From: Candidatus Thorarchaeota archaeon
GTDB taxonomy: Archaea > Asgardarchaeota > Thorarchaeia > Thorarchaeales > Thorarchaeaceae
NCBI GenBank assembly: GCA_003345555.1
Contig: PRDJ01000035.1
Span: 1-32,000, forward strand
Length of the DNA: 32,000 nucleotides
Direction: 5' to 3'
Part shown: positions 8,466 through 17,620 of the stretch, piece after piece
Numbering within the stretch: the stretch's first letter is position 1
Layout of the letters: the number at the start of each line of letters is the position of its first letter
The notes under the pieces: generated by a model
The model's database searches: none
The model's input: only the letters and a program-made list of their open reading frames with translations
What the model was told of the DNA's origin: nothing
Made by a program: the position numbers and the translations under genes

Positions 8466-10211
8466 ATGACCGTCAAGGGAAGCAATGGCAATAATCAAGG
8501 CGAACAAGAGTCAACACATTTGCAGGGACTGGTTCACAGTGTATTCCCACGATTCCATATTGTTCTCTGTCTCGTGGCAATATTCCTTGGTGTTGCTTAC
8601 ATAGTAGGCAATTTTGTTGGTTGGGTAATGCACTCGTTTGCCCACGAAATTGGTTTCGCGCTTCCGTCACTGCTGATTGGCTGGCCGTTTCAGGCATTGT
8701 TGCTTATTGTGATTGGTTACATGAACTTCAAAGTTGGCAAAGCGATTTCTAAAGGAGAAGCTCAGGCATATTCATCGTCGCTCTACATGAATATCATCAC
8801 TGTCGTTATTCTATTAACCATAGGACCTTTGGGGCTGCTGCCTGCTATTGCCTTTTTCATATTGATGCTTGCGTTGTTTGCACCCAGTGTGAAGTCGTAC
8901 TGGTACAAGGAGTTCAGGGAAGACATGGGGCCTCGCAGCAAGGAATTGAAATTCAGTCTTCACCTTCTTCGTAGAAGCCCGCTTGTCATCGCTGGGATTG
9001 TCATAGTGGCTGTGTATTTCAGTATTGCACTGCTAGCTCCGTGGATCACGCCGTACGGAGCGACGGAACGTGTCTGGGCCGATGCGAAATTGCCTCCCGG
9101 CACACCTTCCGGAGAAGCGAAGGTCAGTACTCGACTTATATCCAGCAATTACTCGTTGGACATCGGTCTTTACCCTGATTACTATCATGGAGAAATCCAG
9201 ATTAGTGCGGGGGAAGTCGCCACCTCGATACCTCCAATTATAGCGTTTTCCATCTATGTTCGTAACACGAGTCTCGACAGTCCGGTTGTAGTCCTGATTC
9301 ACACTGCAGTATACAGACTGGACTTGACAACCTTTGATACTCTCGATTGGGGCCAGCGCGATCCGTACCTTGTCAGTGCCGGGAACAAGACGACGCTGTT
9401 CCGTTCGAACATAGTTGTGAACAATACGCCTTCGACCTATGTCTGGGTTGTCTGGTACACCGCCAGCACGAAGACCACGCCGTGGATGGTGGAAATGATT
9501 CTGAATCTAAAGTACAACCAGTACTACCCCATTCACTACTGGGGGACAGACGAATCAGGCGGCGACATGTTCAGTCGCATTATCTGGGCTGCTGGTGTCG
9601 ACCTGAGAGTATCTCTCAGCGTTGTTTTTGTGGCGTTGGCGTCCGGTGCTGTCATCGGGGCTGCATCGGGCTACTTCGGCGGAGCGCTGGATGAGATAGT
9701 GATGAGAATCACTGACATATTCTTCGCCTTCCCCGGCCTGATTCTAGCCATGGCCATTGTCATGGCCTTGGGTACTCGCAATCTTGACAACATAGCCTAC
9801 GCACTCATGATTACGTGGTGGCCGACATATGCAAGACTTGTGAGGGGTCAAGTCCTCTCGGAACGGGAGAAGCTCTATGTTGAAGCAGCTCGTTCAGTCG
9901 GAGCAAGTGACACCAGAATCTTGGTTTCTCATATAATACCCAATACTGTTCAGCCGTTAATCGTGCAAGCAACAATGGATACTGGCGGTGTCCTCTTGAC
10001 TGCCGCGGGTCTTTCCTTCATAGGGTTCGGTTCCGCTGCTGGCACTGCAGAATGGGGTCTGATGATTTCCACCGGGCAGTACTACTTGCTCAATTATCCA
10101 TGGATGGCCATGATTCCGGGGTTGGCCATACTCTTCGCAGCATTGGCATTCAATCTCGTTGGTGACGGGATTCGTGACATTATGGACCCCAAGATTAGGA
10201 GAAGAGGGTGA
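8466..10211 (+). CDS. dppC: ABC peptide transporter permease DppC/OppC with an extra N-terminal membrane domain and a large extracytoplasmic insertion
   Basis: OppC N-terminal motif LRRSPLVIAG, then HYWGTDESGGDMFSRI, MRITDIFFAFP and the EAA loop YVEAARSVGAS; 581 aa versus roughly 300 aa for a typical DppC. Confidence 0.92.
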   Translation: MTVKGSNGNNQGEQESTHLQGLVHSVFPRFHIVLCLVAIFLGVAYIVGNFVGWVMHSFAHEIGFALPSLLIGWPFQALLLIVIGYMNFKVGKAISKGEAQAYSSSLYMNIITVVILLTIGPLGLLPAIAFFILMLALFAPSVKSYWYKEFREDMGPRSKELKFSLHLLRRSPLVIAGIVIVAVYFSIALLAPWITPYGATERVWADAKLPPGTPSGEAKVSTRLISSNYSLDIGLYPDYYHGEIQISAGEVATSIPPIIAFSIYVRNTSLDSPVVVLIHTAVYRLDLTTFDTLDWGQRDPYLVSAGNKTTLFRSNIVVNNTPSTYVWVVWYTASTKTTPWMVEMILNLKYNQYYPIHYWGTDESGGDMFSRIIWAAGVDLRVSLSVVFVALASGAVIGAASGYFGGALDEIVMRITDIFFAFPGLILAMAIVMALGTRNLDNIAYALMITWWPTYARLVRGQVLSEREKLYVEAARSVGASDTRILVSHIIPNTVQPLIVQATMDTGGVLLTAAGLSFIGFGSAAGTAEWGLMISTGQYYLLNYPWMAMIPGLAILFAALAFNLVGDGIRDIMDPKIRRRG

Positions 10212-10217
10212 GCTTCG

Positions 10218-11378
10218 ATGTCTAGTTCTGAAGACCTTGTGCTCTCCGTAAAGGGCCTCACCACCAATTTCTATACCTATGAAGGCATAGTCAAAGCACT
10301 TGATAGTGTCGAGCTCAGCCTGAGACGAGGTGACACCATGGGCATAGTTGGTGAGACTGGCTGCGGGAAGTCGGTCACGGCCAAGTGCATTCTGAGGCTC
10401 ATTGAGCCGCCCGGTCGCATCGACGGAGGCCAGATTCTATTCAGCGATCGAGATCCGAAGACCGGCGAAACCAATGAAATCGATATTCTCCAGCTTGCGC
10501 CTGAGGAGATGCTGACTATCCGGGGAAACAAGATCGCCATCGTTTTCCAAGATCCCGCTACTTACCCAAACCCTGTTTTCAGGATCGGCGCTCAAATAGC
10601 GGAGGTTGTGTCGCTGCACCAGGATTTGGGAAGGGAAGTCCTCGAGATTAGAATCCGAGAGCTAGAAGATTCGGTCAAGAACTCGTCCTCAGCTGAACAT
10701 CAAGCCAAGGTCAGAGAGCAAATTGAGCACTATGTATCGATGCTCGAAAATCCACCTAAGCCCGACAAGAAATACGCGCGTAAAGCTGCATGGGCCAAGG
10801 CTGTTGATATGCTTAGGCTAGTAAGGATGCCTTCTCCTGAGCAGGTTGCCAATCAGTATCCACACGAGCTTTCCGGTGGCATGAGGCAACGAGCGCTCAT
10901 TGCAATGGCGTTGGCCTGCAATCCATCTATTCTGATCTGTGACGAAGCGACAACGGCCTTGGACGTAACTGTTCAAGCGCAGGTTCTCAATCTGCTGAAT
11001 GAGCTCAAGAAGGACATTGGAGCGTCAATCATGATAATCACACATGACCTAGGGGTTGTTGCTGAGACCTGCAACTGGGTCATGGTGATGTATGCCGGGA
11101 CGACCGTGGAGTCAACGAGTACCAAGGAGTTGTTTGAGCATCCCGTTCATCCTTACACCATTGGACTCATCACCGCAATTCCAAAGCTACATGAAAACAA
11201 GGAGCGGTTGGATCAGATACAAGGCACTGTTCCGAACTTAATTAATCCGCCCACAGGCTGCAGATTCCACCCCAGATGTGCGTTCGCTACGGAGATATGC
11301 AGTAGAGAGAGGCCATCCCTCGAAGAGGTTAGGCCGGGGCACTATGTGGCCTGCCATAACCCGCAGGGGAACGTATGA
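10218..11378 (+). CDS. dppD: ABC peptide transporter ATP-binding subunit DppD/OppD
   Basis: Walker A GETGCGKS, Q-loop IVFQD, signature LSGGMRQR, Walker B LICDEATT, H-loop ITHD, C-terminal Cys motif GCRFHPRC...C...CH. Confidence 0.95.
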   Translation: MSSSEDLVLSVKGLTTNFYTYEGIVKALDSVELSLRRGDTMGIVGETGCGKSVTAKCILRLIEPPGRIDGGQILFSDRDPKTGETNEIDILQLAPEEMLTIRGNKIAIVFQDPATYPNPVFRIGAQIAEVVSLHQDLGREVLEIRIRELEDSVKNSSSAEHQAKVREQIEHYVSMLENPPKPDKKYARKAAWAKAVDMLRLVRMPSPEQVANQYPHELSGGMRQRALIAMALACNPSILICDEATTALDVTVQAQVLNLLNELKKDIGASIMIITHDLGVVAETCNWVMVMYAGTTVESTSTKELFEHPVHPYTIGLITAIPKLHENKERLDQIQGTVPNLINPPTGCRFHPRCAFATEICSRERPSLEEVRPGHYVACHNPQGNV

Positions 11379-11391
11379 GGAGGAACACGGA

Positions 11392-12426
11392 ATGTCACAA
11401 TCGGAAACGCTAGTAAGCCTTGCGAACCTCAAGAAGTATTTCCCATTGACCGGAGGGGTGTTCAGGAAGATAATAGGTATGGTACATGCAGTCGATGATG
11501 TAAGTCTTGACATCTATCGCGGAGAAACGCTCGGGGTGGTCGGCGAGTCGGGATGCGGGAAGACAACGTTGGGCAGGACCATCTTGAGACTGCTTGAGCC
11601 GACTGATGGGACAATCACTTTCATGGGCCAGGACATCACGCATCTGAAAGGATCCGATCTTCGCAATATCAGACACGAGATGCAGATTGTCTTCCAAGAT
11701 CCAATGGCCTCTCTTGATCCCAGAGTCACGATAAAGAACACCGTCGGAGAACCCTTGCTGATAAACGGCATTGCGCGAGGGCCGAAGCTGAGAGCTATGG
11801 TTCTTGATTTGCTGCAAAAGGTTGGTTTGACCGAGGATCATCTCAACCGTTTCCCACATGAATTCAGTGGCGGTCAAAGACAGAGGATATGTATAGCACG
11901 TGCGCTGGCTCTGAATCCGAAATTCGTTGTCATGGATGAGCCCACATCAAGCACGGATGTGTCGGTGCAGGCCCAGACACTTAACCTGATGAAAGACCTT
12001 CAAGATGAATTTGGTCTCACATACATGTTCATTAGTCACAATCTCAGTGTAGTGAAGCACATGAGTGACCGTCTCGCCGTGATGTACTTGGGGAAGATCG
12101 TCGAGCTCACTCCGTACGACATCTTTAGGAAGGCGCTTCATCCGTATACGTTTGCATTGGTGTCTGCGGTTCCGGTTCCCGACCCAAGATTCTCGGGCAG
12201 AGCCGTATTACTGAAGGGAGAAGTCCCGAGCCCGATAAATCCCCCAATTGGCTGCCGTTTCAATCCTAGATGCATATTCGCCCAAGAAATCTGCAGAACC
12301 GACGAGCCGCCTCTGAGAGACGTGGGCGACGGACACCTTGTTGCCTGCCACTTTGCTGGGGAACTGGACTTTGGCAAGAGTTCTCAGATGGAATATGCGC
12401 AGACCGCAGAGGCCGAAGCAAGTTAG
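11392..12426 (+). CDS. dppF: ABC peptide transporter ATP-binding subunit DppF/OppF
   Basis: True start is ATG 11392 after SD GAGGAGG; the track start 11278 overlaps dppD. GESGCGKT, FSGGQRQR, VMDEPTS, ISHN, GCRFNPRC. Confidence 0.95.
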   Translation: MSQSETLVSLANLKKYFPLTGGVFRKIIGMVHAVDDVSLDIYRGETLGVVGESGCGKTTLGRTILRLLEPTDGTITFMGQDITHLKGSDLRNIRHEMQIVFQDPMASLDPRVTIKNTVGEPLLINGIARGPKLRAMVLDLLQKVGLTEDHLNRFPHEFSGGQRQRICIARALALNPKFVVMDEPTSSTDVSVQAQTLNLMKDLQDEFGLTYMFISHNLSVVKHMSDRLAVMYLGKIVELTPYDIFRKALHPYTFALVSAVPVPDPRFSGRAVLLKGEVPSPINPPIGCRFNPRCIFAQEICRTDEPPLRDVGDGHLVACHFAGELDFGKSSQMEYAQTAEAEAS

Positions 12427-12484
12427 CCTCCTGGGAAAGGTTTCTAAGTTCTCGACCGTGTTTCGATAAGTGTGAGTGCATAGC

Positions 12485-12712
12485 ATGAACGAAGACAAGG
12501 AACCGAGCCCCGAGGACCACACACTCTCGGATGACGCTGAGGTAGACTGGAAGCATTATGTCTATCAACAAGAAGACCAGACGGCGCCCGTGCACTTGGA
12601 TGCAAAGGATTACTTGGCTCTGTTCATAGCCTCACTGGAAACAATCTTTCTGCCGCTAGTCATTCTTGCTGTAATGCTCTTGGTTCTTGGCTTCATCTTC
12701 ACACACATATGA
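12485..12712 (+). CDS. Small acidic protein with a C-terminal TM helix, unknown function
   Basis: ATG 12485; acidic N-terminus followed by a hydrophobic C-terminus; co-oriented with the dpp operon. Confidence 0.65.
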   Translation: MNEDKEPSPEDHTLSDDAEVDWKHYVYQQEDQTAPVHLDAKDYLALFIASLETIFLPLVILAVMLLVLGFIFTHI

Positions 12713-12736
12713 TAGGGAACATCTGGTGATGATGTA

Positions 12737-13081
12737 TTGCCTAGACGCTATCAGTTCATCTTCGAAGCTGCCGCGATATCCTCGATCATAATGGTGATTG
12801 ACCTTCTTTTTGGTCTCATCCTTCTCTTTGGTTTTCCTGGTGCATCGCTGTTCGTGCTGGTTTCCAACGTTCTCGTGATTGAATTTGGCGCGATGCTTAT
12901 TCTTGGGGGCTGCTTGATGGCTCGCCAGCCACTTGTCGATGAACTGCGATATGATAATGCGGGTAAGCCTACCAAGGCTTGGCGGCTTGCAGTGCAGGGT
13001 CGGCAAATACTGCTATCTTCTATCTTTGTACTGTTGTTCGCTCTCCTGTTTGTACTAGTCGAGAACAGCCTTGGAGTATGA
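12737..13081 (+). CDS. Small multi-TM membrane protein, unknown function
   Basis: TTG start preceded by SD GGTGA; three hydrophobic segments. Confidence 0.7.
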   Translation: MPRRYQFIFEAAAISSIIMVIDLLFGLILLFGFPGASLFVLVSNVLVIEFGAMLILGGCLMARQPLVDELRYDNAGKPTKAWRLAVQGRQILLSSIFVLLFALLFVLVENSLGV

Positions 13082-13147
13082 ATCGGCCAAGATAACAGCC
13101 AGAGGTCCATTCACGATGAATCATCAACTCGGATGCTGTCTATCTAA

Positions 13148-14128
13148 CTAACTCGAGACGGGTTTCGGACCTCCACCCGTTAGTGCCATCGCCTGTTCAA
13201 CAGCACTGAGCCAAACGTGAAAGGCAAGTGTGCTCGCAGAGTTTTCGGCTGGAATTGGAGACCTGCCTATCAGAATTTTCGTCTCACCCCGTAGTGCTGT
13301 CTCGGCACGCGTTCCGACTTGGAGATGAACACTGTCATTCACACAGTCTATCCTCAATCCGTGTTCATGAAATACTTTCGGGCTCTCAGAGAATCTGAAG
13401 TCGAACTTCTTGTCGGGTATTGGGTAGAGAGCGCAATCCGATTCTGAAGAATCGATCGTAATTCGCAGAAGCTGAGATTCGTAATGGGGCACTTTCTCTC
13501 GTTCACCTATGGTTCCGGGAAGAAACATCGGCCGCAATCCTATGAGTCTTCGGACTACCCTTCCTTCAATTAGGCCTGCAAAGTCTCCTCCGTTCCCGGT
13601 GAACACGATTCGGCTCTTATCCTCAAGCATTGATACACCGAATGTGCCGTGTGTATCGCGTCGTATGCCCAAGGGGTTCATCTTCGTCTTTGCCGCAGGT
13701 TCCCAACGGAACCAGGGCACTGTCAACATAGGGAGCATGTTCGTCTTGTGATCCTTCTTCTTCTGCATGAGTCTCCAAGTATCTTCGTTGAGGACAAACA
13801 AGGACAAGGATATTGGTTGCAGTTCGGCCGCGCCGCTTTCCACAAACCTGAACAGCGACTTCGGGGTTGTGCACAAAGAACGGACGATTTCTCCAATCTG
13901 CCCGATTTGCAAAGTCGTCCGAGAGCCGTCTTCCAATGCGGCCACTTGCTCTCTGTCGAGGTCAATTTTGACCCCCATCTTCGTCTGAAAGCGTTCGATT
14001 TCCTCCAAATCAAACGCATACTTTGTCGACGTCTTATCATCCCTTTCGCGTGCGATTGATCTTGGCCAAGGCGGCGTTTGACCAGTGAGTCGTTGGACAA
14101 AGCCTTTGCTCCTTGGCAGATTAGCCAT
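13148..14128 (-). CDS. Hypothetical soluble protein
   Basis: Long ORF with protein-like composition. Probable start is ATG 14128 (MANLPRSK), but this is uncertain. No family recognised. Confidence 0.7.
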   Translation of the reverse strand: MANLPRSKGFVQRLTGQTPPWPRSIARERDDKTSTKYAFDLEEIERFQTKMGVKIDLDREQVAALEDGSRTTLQIGQIGEIVRSLCTTPKSLFRFVESGAAELQPISLSLFVLNEDTWRLMQKKKDHKTNMLPMLTVPWFRWEPAAKTKMNPLGIRRDTHGTFGVSMLEDKSRIVFTGNGGDFAGLIEGRVVRRLIGLRPMFLPGTIGEREKVPHYESQLLRITIDSSESDCALYPIPDKKFDFRFSESPKVFHEHGLRIDCVNDSVHLQVGTRAETALRGETKILIGRSPIPAENSASTLAFHVWLSAVEQAMALTGGGPKPVSS

Positions 14129-14154
14129 GACTACATATTGTAGTGGGATTCGTA

Positions 14155-15090
14155 ATGGCATATCTTCAAAAAGTGTTCGTAGGAGGCAGCACTGGCTTAG
14201 TTGTGACAAAGACCTCGGTTATAGCAGCTGGCGATAGGCTCACTGATTGGGTACGTGTTGTGAACGCAGGTCGTGAACACTGGTACGGTTACGTTCCACT
14301 GACCATCCGTGAAGTGGAGAAAGTGGTGTCTAGGCATCTGGTTAATGTCGAGGGTATGTACATTGGGTTCGAAGGACCTGTTCCCGCCTCGACCGCACGA
14401 CTTGTGCCCCTGGGAAGTCATGCTGCAGCGATATGTGATCTCGCAGTTGCACCGGGATTACGATTTGCTGGTCTCGCCTTGGTGGAGCGGTTGCTTGAAG
14501 TGTGTCGAGATGCTAGCATCGAATCGATTGTCGCTTGGGTTAGTGAACTAGACTTTCGCGTGTCCGATGTCCTTTCGTCTTTCACATTTGAGCCCCGGCG
14601 TGTCAGAGTCAGCGCCAACGTATCACTGCGTACTCCGCCCGAGGGAGTGGAAGCCCAATCGGTCCAGATAGTCGAAGGTCGTGAACTCTCAGAGTCAGGA
14701 GCCCAAGGTGTTCCGTTTTCTCCCAGCAGAAGGGGCGCGAGAGACATCACCGAAATCAGAGATGATTTGGAGAAGAAATGGAAGACGGTTGTCGTCGTTT
14801 CACGGAACGGATACGAGCCTTTCATAGTCGGTCAGTCCTCCGAGTCCGACCGAAGGTTGGCCTCGCTTCATATAAACGAGACCGCCATGTTGGAGAATCC
14901 CGCATGGCACTTGTCGCCCGAGTTGGTCCGAGAATCGCTCCGGAGGCTCTACAGCTCTGGTGCTCGTGAGGTGTCTTGCGAGGTTGATGTAGATTCAAGG
15001 ATCAAGACACCAATCCTCGAGGCAGGCTTCGTGCCGTATACCACGCTATTCCAACTCGTTTTCGAATTTGCACATGAATCACCTCCTTGA
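14155..15090 (+). CDS. GNAT-fold protein, probably two tandem degenerate GNAT domains
   Basis: AAICDLAVAPGLRFAGLALVERLLEVC resembles GNAT beta4/motif A, and there is a second LLxAGF-type C-terminal motif (ILEAGF). Start codon uncertain (14143, 14155 or 14203). Confidence 0.55.
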   Translation: MAYLQKVFVGGSTGLVVTKTSVIAAGDRLTDWVRVVNAGREHWYGYVPLTIREVEKVVSRHLVNVEGMYIGFEGPVPASTARLVPLGSHAAAICDLAVAPGLRFAGLALVERLLEVCRDASIESIVAWVSELDFRVSDVLSSFTFEPRRVRVSANVSLRTPPEGVEAQSVQIVEGRELSESGAQGVPFSPSRRGARDITEIRDDLEKKWKTVVVVSRNGYEPFIVGQSSESDRRLASLHINETAMLENPAWHLSPELVRESLRRLYSSGAREVSCEVDVDSRIKTPILEAGFVPYTTLFQLVFEFAHESPP

Positions 15091-15261
15091 GTTTGCGCAT
15101 TCTCCCATTGGCGCCAATACTGTCTCGCGGAGTCCTTTCCTAGAGGACATATATGCAGACCTAGGGTAGTGACAAATCGTCTCAACCGGGAGGACTGAGA
15201 CATCAGCAACGGACACCTTGTGTCTGATGCTCAATTGCACACACAGGACGGATTCTTTTCC

Positions 15262-15279
15262 GGGCGCCTGCGGGCGCCC
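15262..15279. terminator. GC-rich hairpin between convergent genes
   Basis: GGGCGCC-TGCG-GGCGCCC directly after the 15283 stop, flanked by TTCTTTT on the plus strand. Confidence 0.4.
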
Positions 15280-15282
15280 ACA

Positions 15283-16371
15283 TCATTCCCTTTCTATCTC
15301 ACCCCAGCGATGACATCGAATCCAATGGTCTGTTTCTGGTTCCCTGAACTCAGGTATCTCTGATTTGCATCTGTCGACTGCATAATTGCATCGAGGATGA
15401 AACGGGCAGCCAGACGGAATTGCTGTGAGGTCTGGTGGGTCTCCCCTGATCCCTCTGAGCACTGGGCGCTTGGCGCCTGCCTTCATTCGCATCATGGCGA
15501 TTGTCGGGAAGGACGCCATCAACCCCATTGTGTATGGATGAGCAGGATGATGGAACATCTGAACGGCGTTTCCTAGTTCCATTATCTTGCCCGCATACAT
15601 CACTGCGACTCTATCGGCAAGCTCTGCAACAACGCCTGCGTCATGGCTTATGAGAAAGAGAGAGACACTGAATTCATCTCTGATCATTCTTAGCACATTG
15701 AGTATTTGGCATTGGATTGTGACGTCCAGCGCAGAAGTTGGCTCGTCAGCTATGACGAGATATGGTCCGGCAATCAGTGACATCGCAATGAGGATTCTCT
15801 GGGCCTCTCCTCCGCTAAAGCAACCTGGATCCAGCACAAACCTAGTATCGGCATCCCCGAGTCGAACGATGCCAAGGTACTCCAAGACTCTCCTTTTGAG
15901 TCCAATCAATCTGACATTGTCGTCATGAATTTCAACAGGTTCGCCCGTCTGCATTCCGATGCTGAACATAGGATTCAGAGCGTGTCCGAGCCCCTGAGGA
16001 ATCATGGATATCTCTCTGCCTCTCAGCTTTACGAACTCCTCCTCTGGGAGGCTCGTCAGCTCAACACCCCTAAAGTAAACCTTCCCCTGTACGCCAGGTC
16101 TGTCGCCAGTCTGCTCTTTTGGAACCTTGTCGAACTGTCGACGCAAACTCGAATCTGAGGCTCCTGCCGCGTAGCGGGCCACTCTTTCGAAGAAACCCAT
16201 TATGGCAAGTGCAAGACTGGTTTTTCCACACCCGCTCTCCCCGAGCAGGCCAACACACTCGCCCTCGTGGACAGCAAAGCTGACATCATCAACGGCTCGG
16301 ACGAGTCCTTTCTTTGACGCATAGTATGCCTTGAGATTTTCCACCTTGAGAAGTGTGTCACCTTTCGGCAT
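15283..16371 (-). CDS. Stand-alone DppD/OppD-type ABC ATP-binding protein
   Basis: GESGCGKT, MIPQ, FSGGEAQR, VIADEPTSALD, ISHD and the C-terminal GCPFHPRC...C...CH motif; no adjacent permease or binding protein. Confidence 0.9.
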   Translation of the reverse strand: MPKGDTLLKVENLKAYYASKKGLVRAVDDVSFAVHEGECVGLLGESGCGKTSLALAIMGFFERVARYAAGASDSSLRRQFDKVPKEQTGDRPGVQGKVYFRGVELTSLPEEEFVKLRGREISMIPQGLGHALNPMFSIGMQTGEPVEIHDDNVRLIGLKRRVLEYLGIVRLGDADTRFVLDPGCFSGGEAQRILIAMSLIAGPYLVIADEPTSALDVTIQCQILNVLRMIRDEFSVSLFLISHDAGVVAELADRVAVMYAGKIMELGNAVQMFHHPAHPYTMGLMASFPTIAMMRMKAGAKRPVLRGIRGDPPDLTAIPSGCPFHPRCNYAVDRCKSEIPEFREPETDHWIRCHRWGEIERE

Positions 16372-16585
16372 TGAATCAACGCTTCCAATCCCTTTGTGAG
16401 CATATTAAAACGTATCAATAGCGCAATAGCCCTCACGTCCCTTTCGTCTAGTGATTCATCTGGCTTGAACGTGTAGGGATTGTGACCACATCATATGGCT
16501 GGAGCAGGTCAACGTTAAGACTTAAAACGTCAATATCTCGCGCAGGGCTCACTCGTCTAAGTAGAATGACGGAGATGTGAAGAGG

Positions 16586-17542
16586 ATGAAACGAATTCTT
16601 GTCACTGGCAGTTACGGTCAAATCGGGACCGAACTCATAGGCGCACTGAGAAAGAAGTACGGTGGAGAGAACGTCATAGCCACGGGACGCAAGAAAGCAC
16701 CAGACATCTTGACTGCAGACGGACCCTACTATAGACTCGACGCCCTTGATATGAACGACCTTCAAAACCAGCTCGTCGATTACGATATTGACGTGGTCAT
16801 TCACAATGTCTCTATTCTTTCTGGGGCCGGAGAGCAGAACCCGCAGCTTGCATGGGAGACGAATGTACAATCTGCCTACAACGTGTTGGAGGCAGTGAGG
16901 ATTCTGGGACTCAACCAAGTCATGATTCCAAGCTCAATCGCTGCATTCGGTCCTAGCACTCCAAGAGAGAATACACCGAATGATGTGATCATGAGACCGA
17001 CGACAATGTATGGGATCACAAAGGTTGCTATCGAACTACTGGGAGAGTACTATACTCGAAAATTCAATGTAGACTTTCGTTCCCTGCGCTATCCCGGGAT
17101 TATCAGTTCCGAGGCGCTGCCGGGTGGTGGCACGACGGACTACGCCGTTGCCATATTCTATGAGGCAATCAAGAACAAACGCTACACGTCCTTCCTTTCA
17201 AAGGACACGCGCCTGCCGATGATGTATATGCCTGACTGCATCAAGTCAACAATCGACCTCATCGAGGCAGATGCCAAGAAGCTAGTGCATAGAACCTTCA
17301 ATGTGACGGCAGTGAGTTTCACGCCGGAAGAGCTGGCCAATGAAATCAAGAAGATCATCCCCGACTTCCAGATAGACTACAAACCCGATTTTCATCAGGC
17401 CATAGCCGATTCATGGCCGAAGTCAATTGATGACAGTGTTGCCAGAAAGGAGTGGGGTTGGAAGCCCGATTATGACTTGCCAAGCATGACCAAAGACATG
17501 ATCAAGAAGCTCAAGGCAAAACTCAGCGCGCCCGGTAAGTGA
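16586..17542 (+). CDS. tdh: SDR-type (epimerase-like) NAD-dependent L-threonine 3-dehydrogenase
   Basis: TGSYGQIG Rossmann motif, LSGAGEQNP, PSSIAAFG, catalytic YGITK, LRYPGIIS and PGGGTTDYAV, which are characteristic of the extended-SDR TDH family. AAGACTTAAA promoter-like motif at 16517-16526. Confidence 0.8.
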   Translation: MKRILVTGSYGQIGTELIGALRKKYGGENVIATGRKKAPDILTADGPYYRLDALDMNDLQNQLVDYDIDVVIHNVSILSGAGEQNPQLAWETNVQSAYNVLEAVRILGLNQVMIPSSIAAFGPSTPRENTPNDVIMRPTTMYGITKVAIELLGEYYTRKFNVDFRSLRYPGIISSEALPGGGTTDYAVAIFYEAIKNKRYTSFLSKDTRLPMMYMPDCIKSTIDLIEADAKKLVHRTFNVTAVSFTPEELANEIKKIIPDFQIDYKPDFHQAIADSWPKSIDDSVARKEWGWKPDYDLPSMTKDMIKKLKAKLSAPGK

Positions 17543-17620
17543 TCCTCTTCACAGCGATGGCCGTTGTTTTCGCGGCCCACCGCAGTCCCTCCTTCTTCGA
17601 TTGAAGTCACAGGCCAGTTT

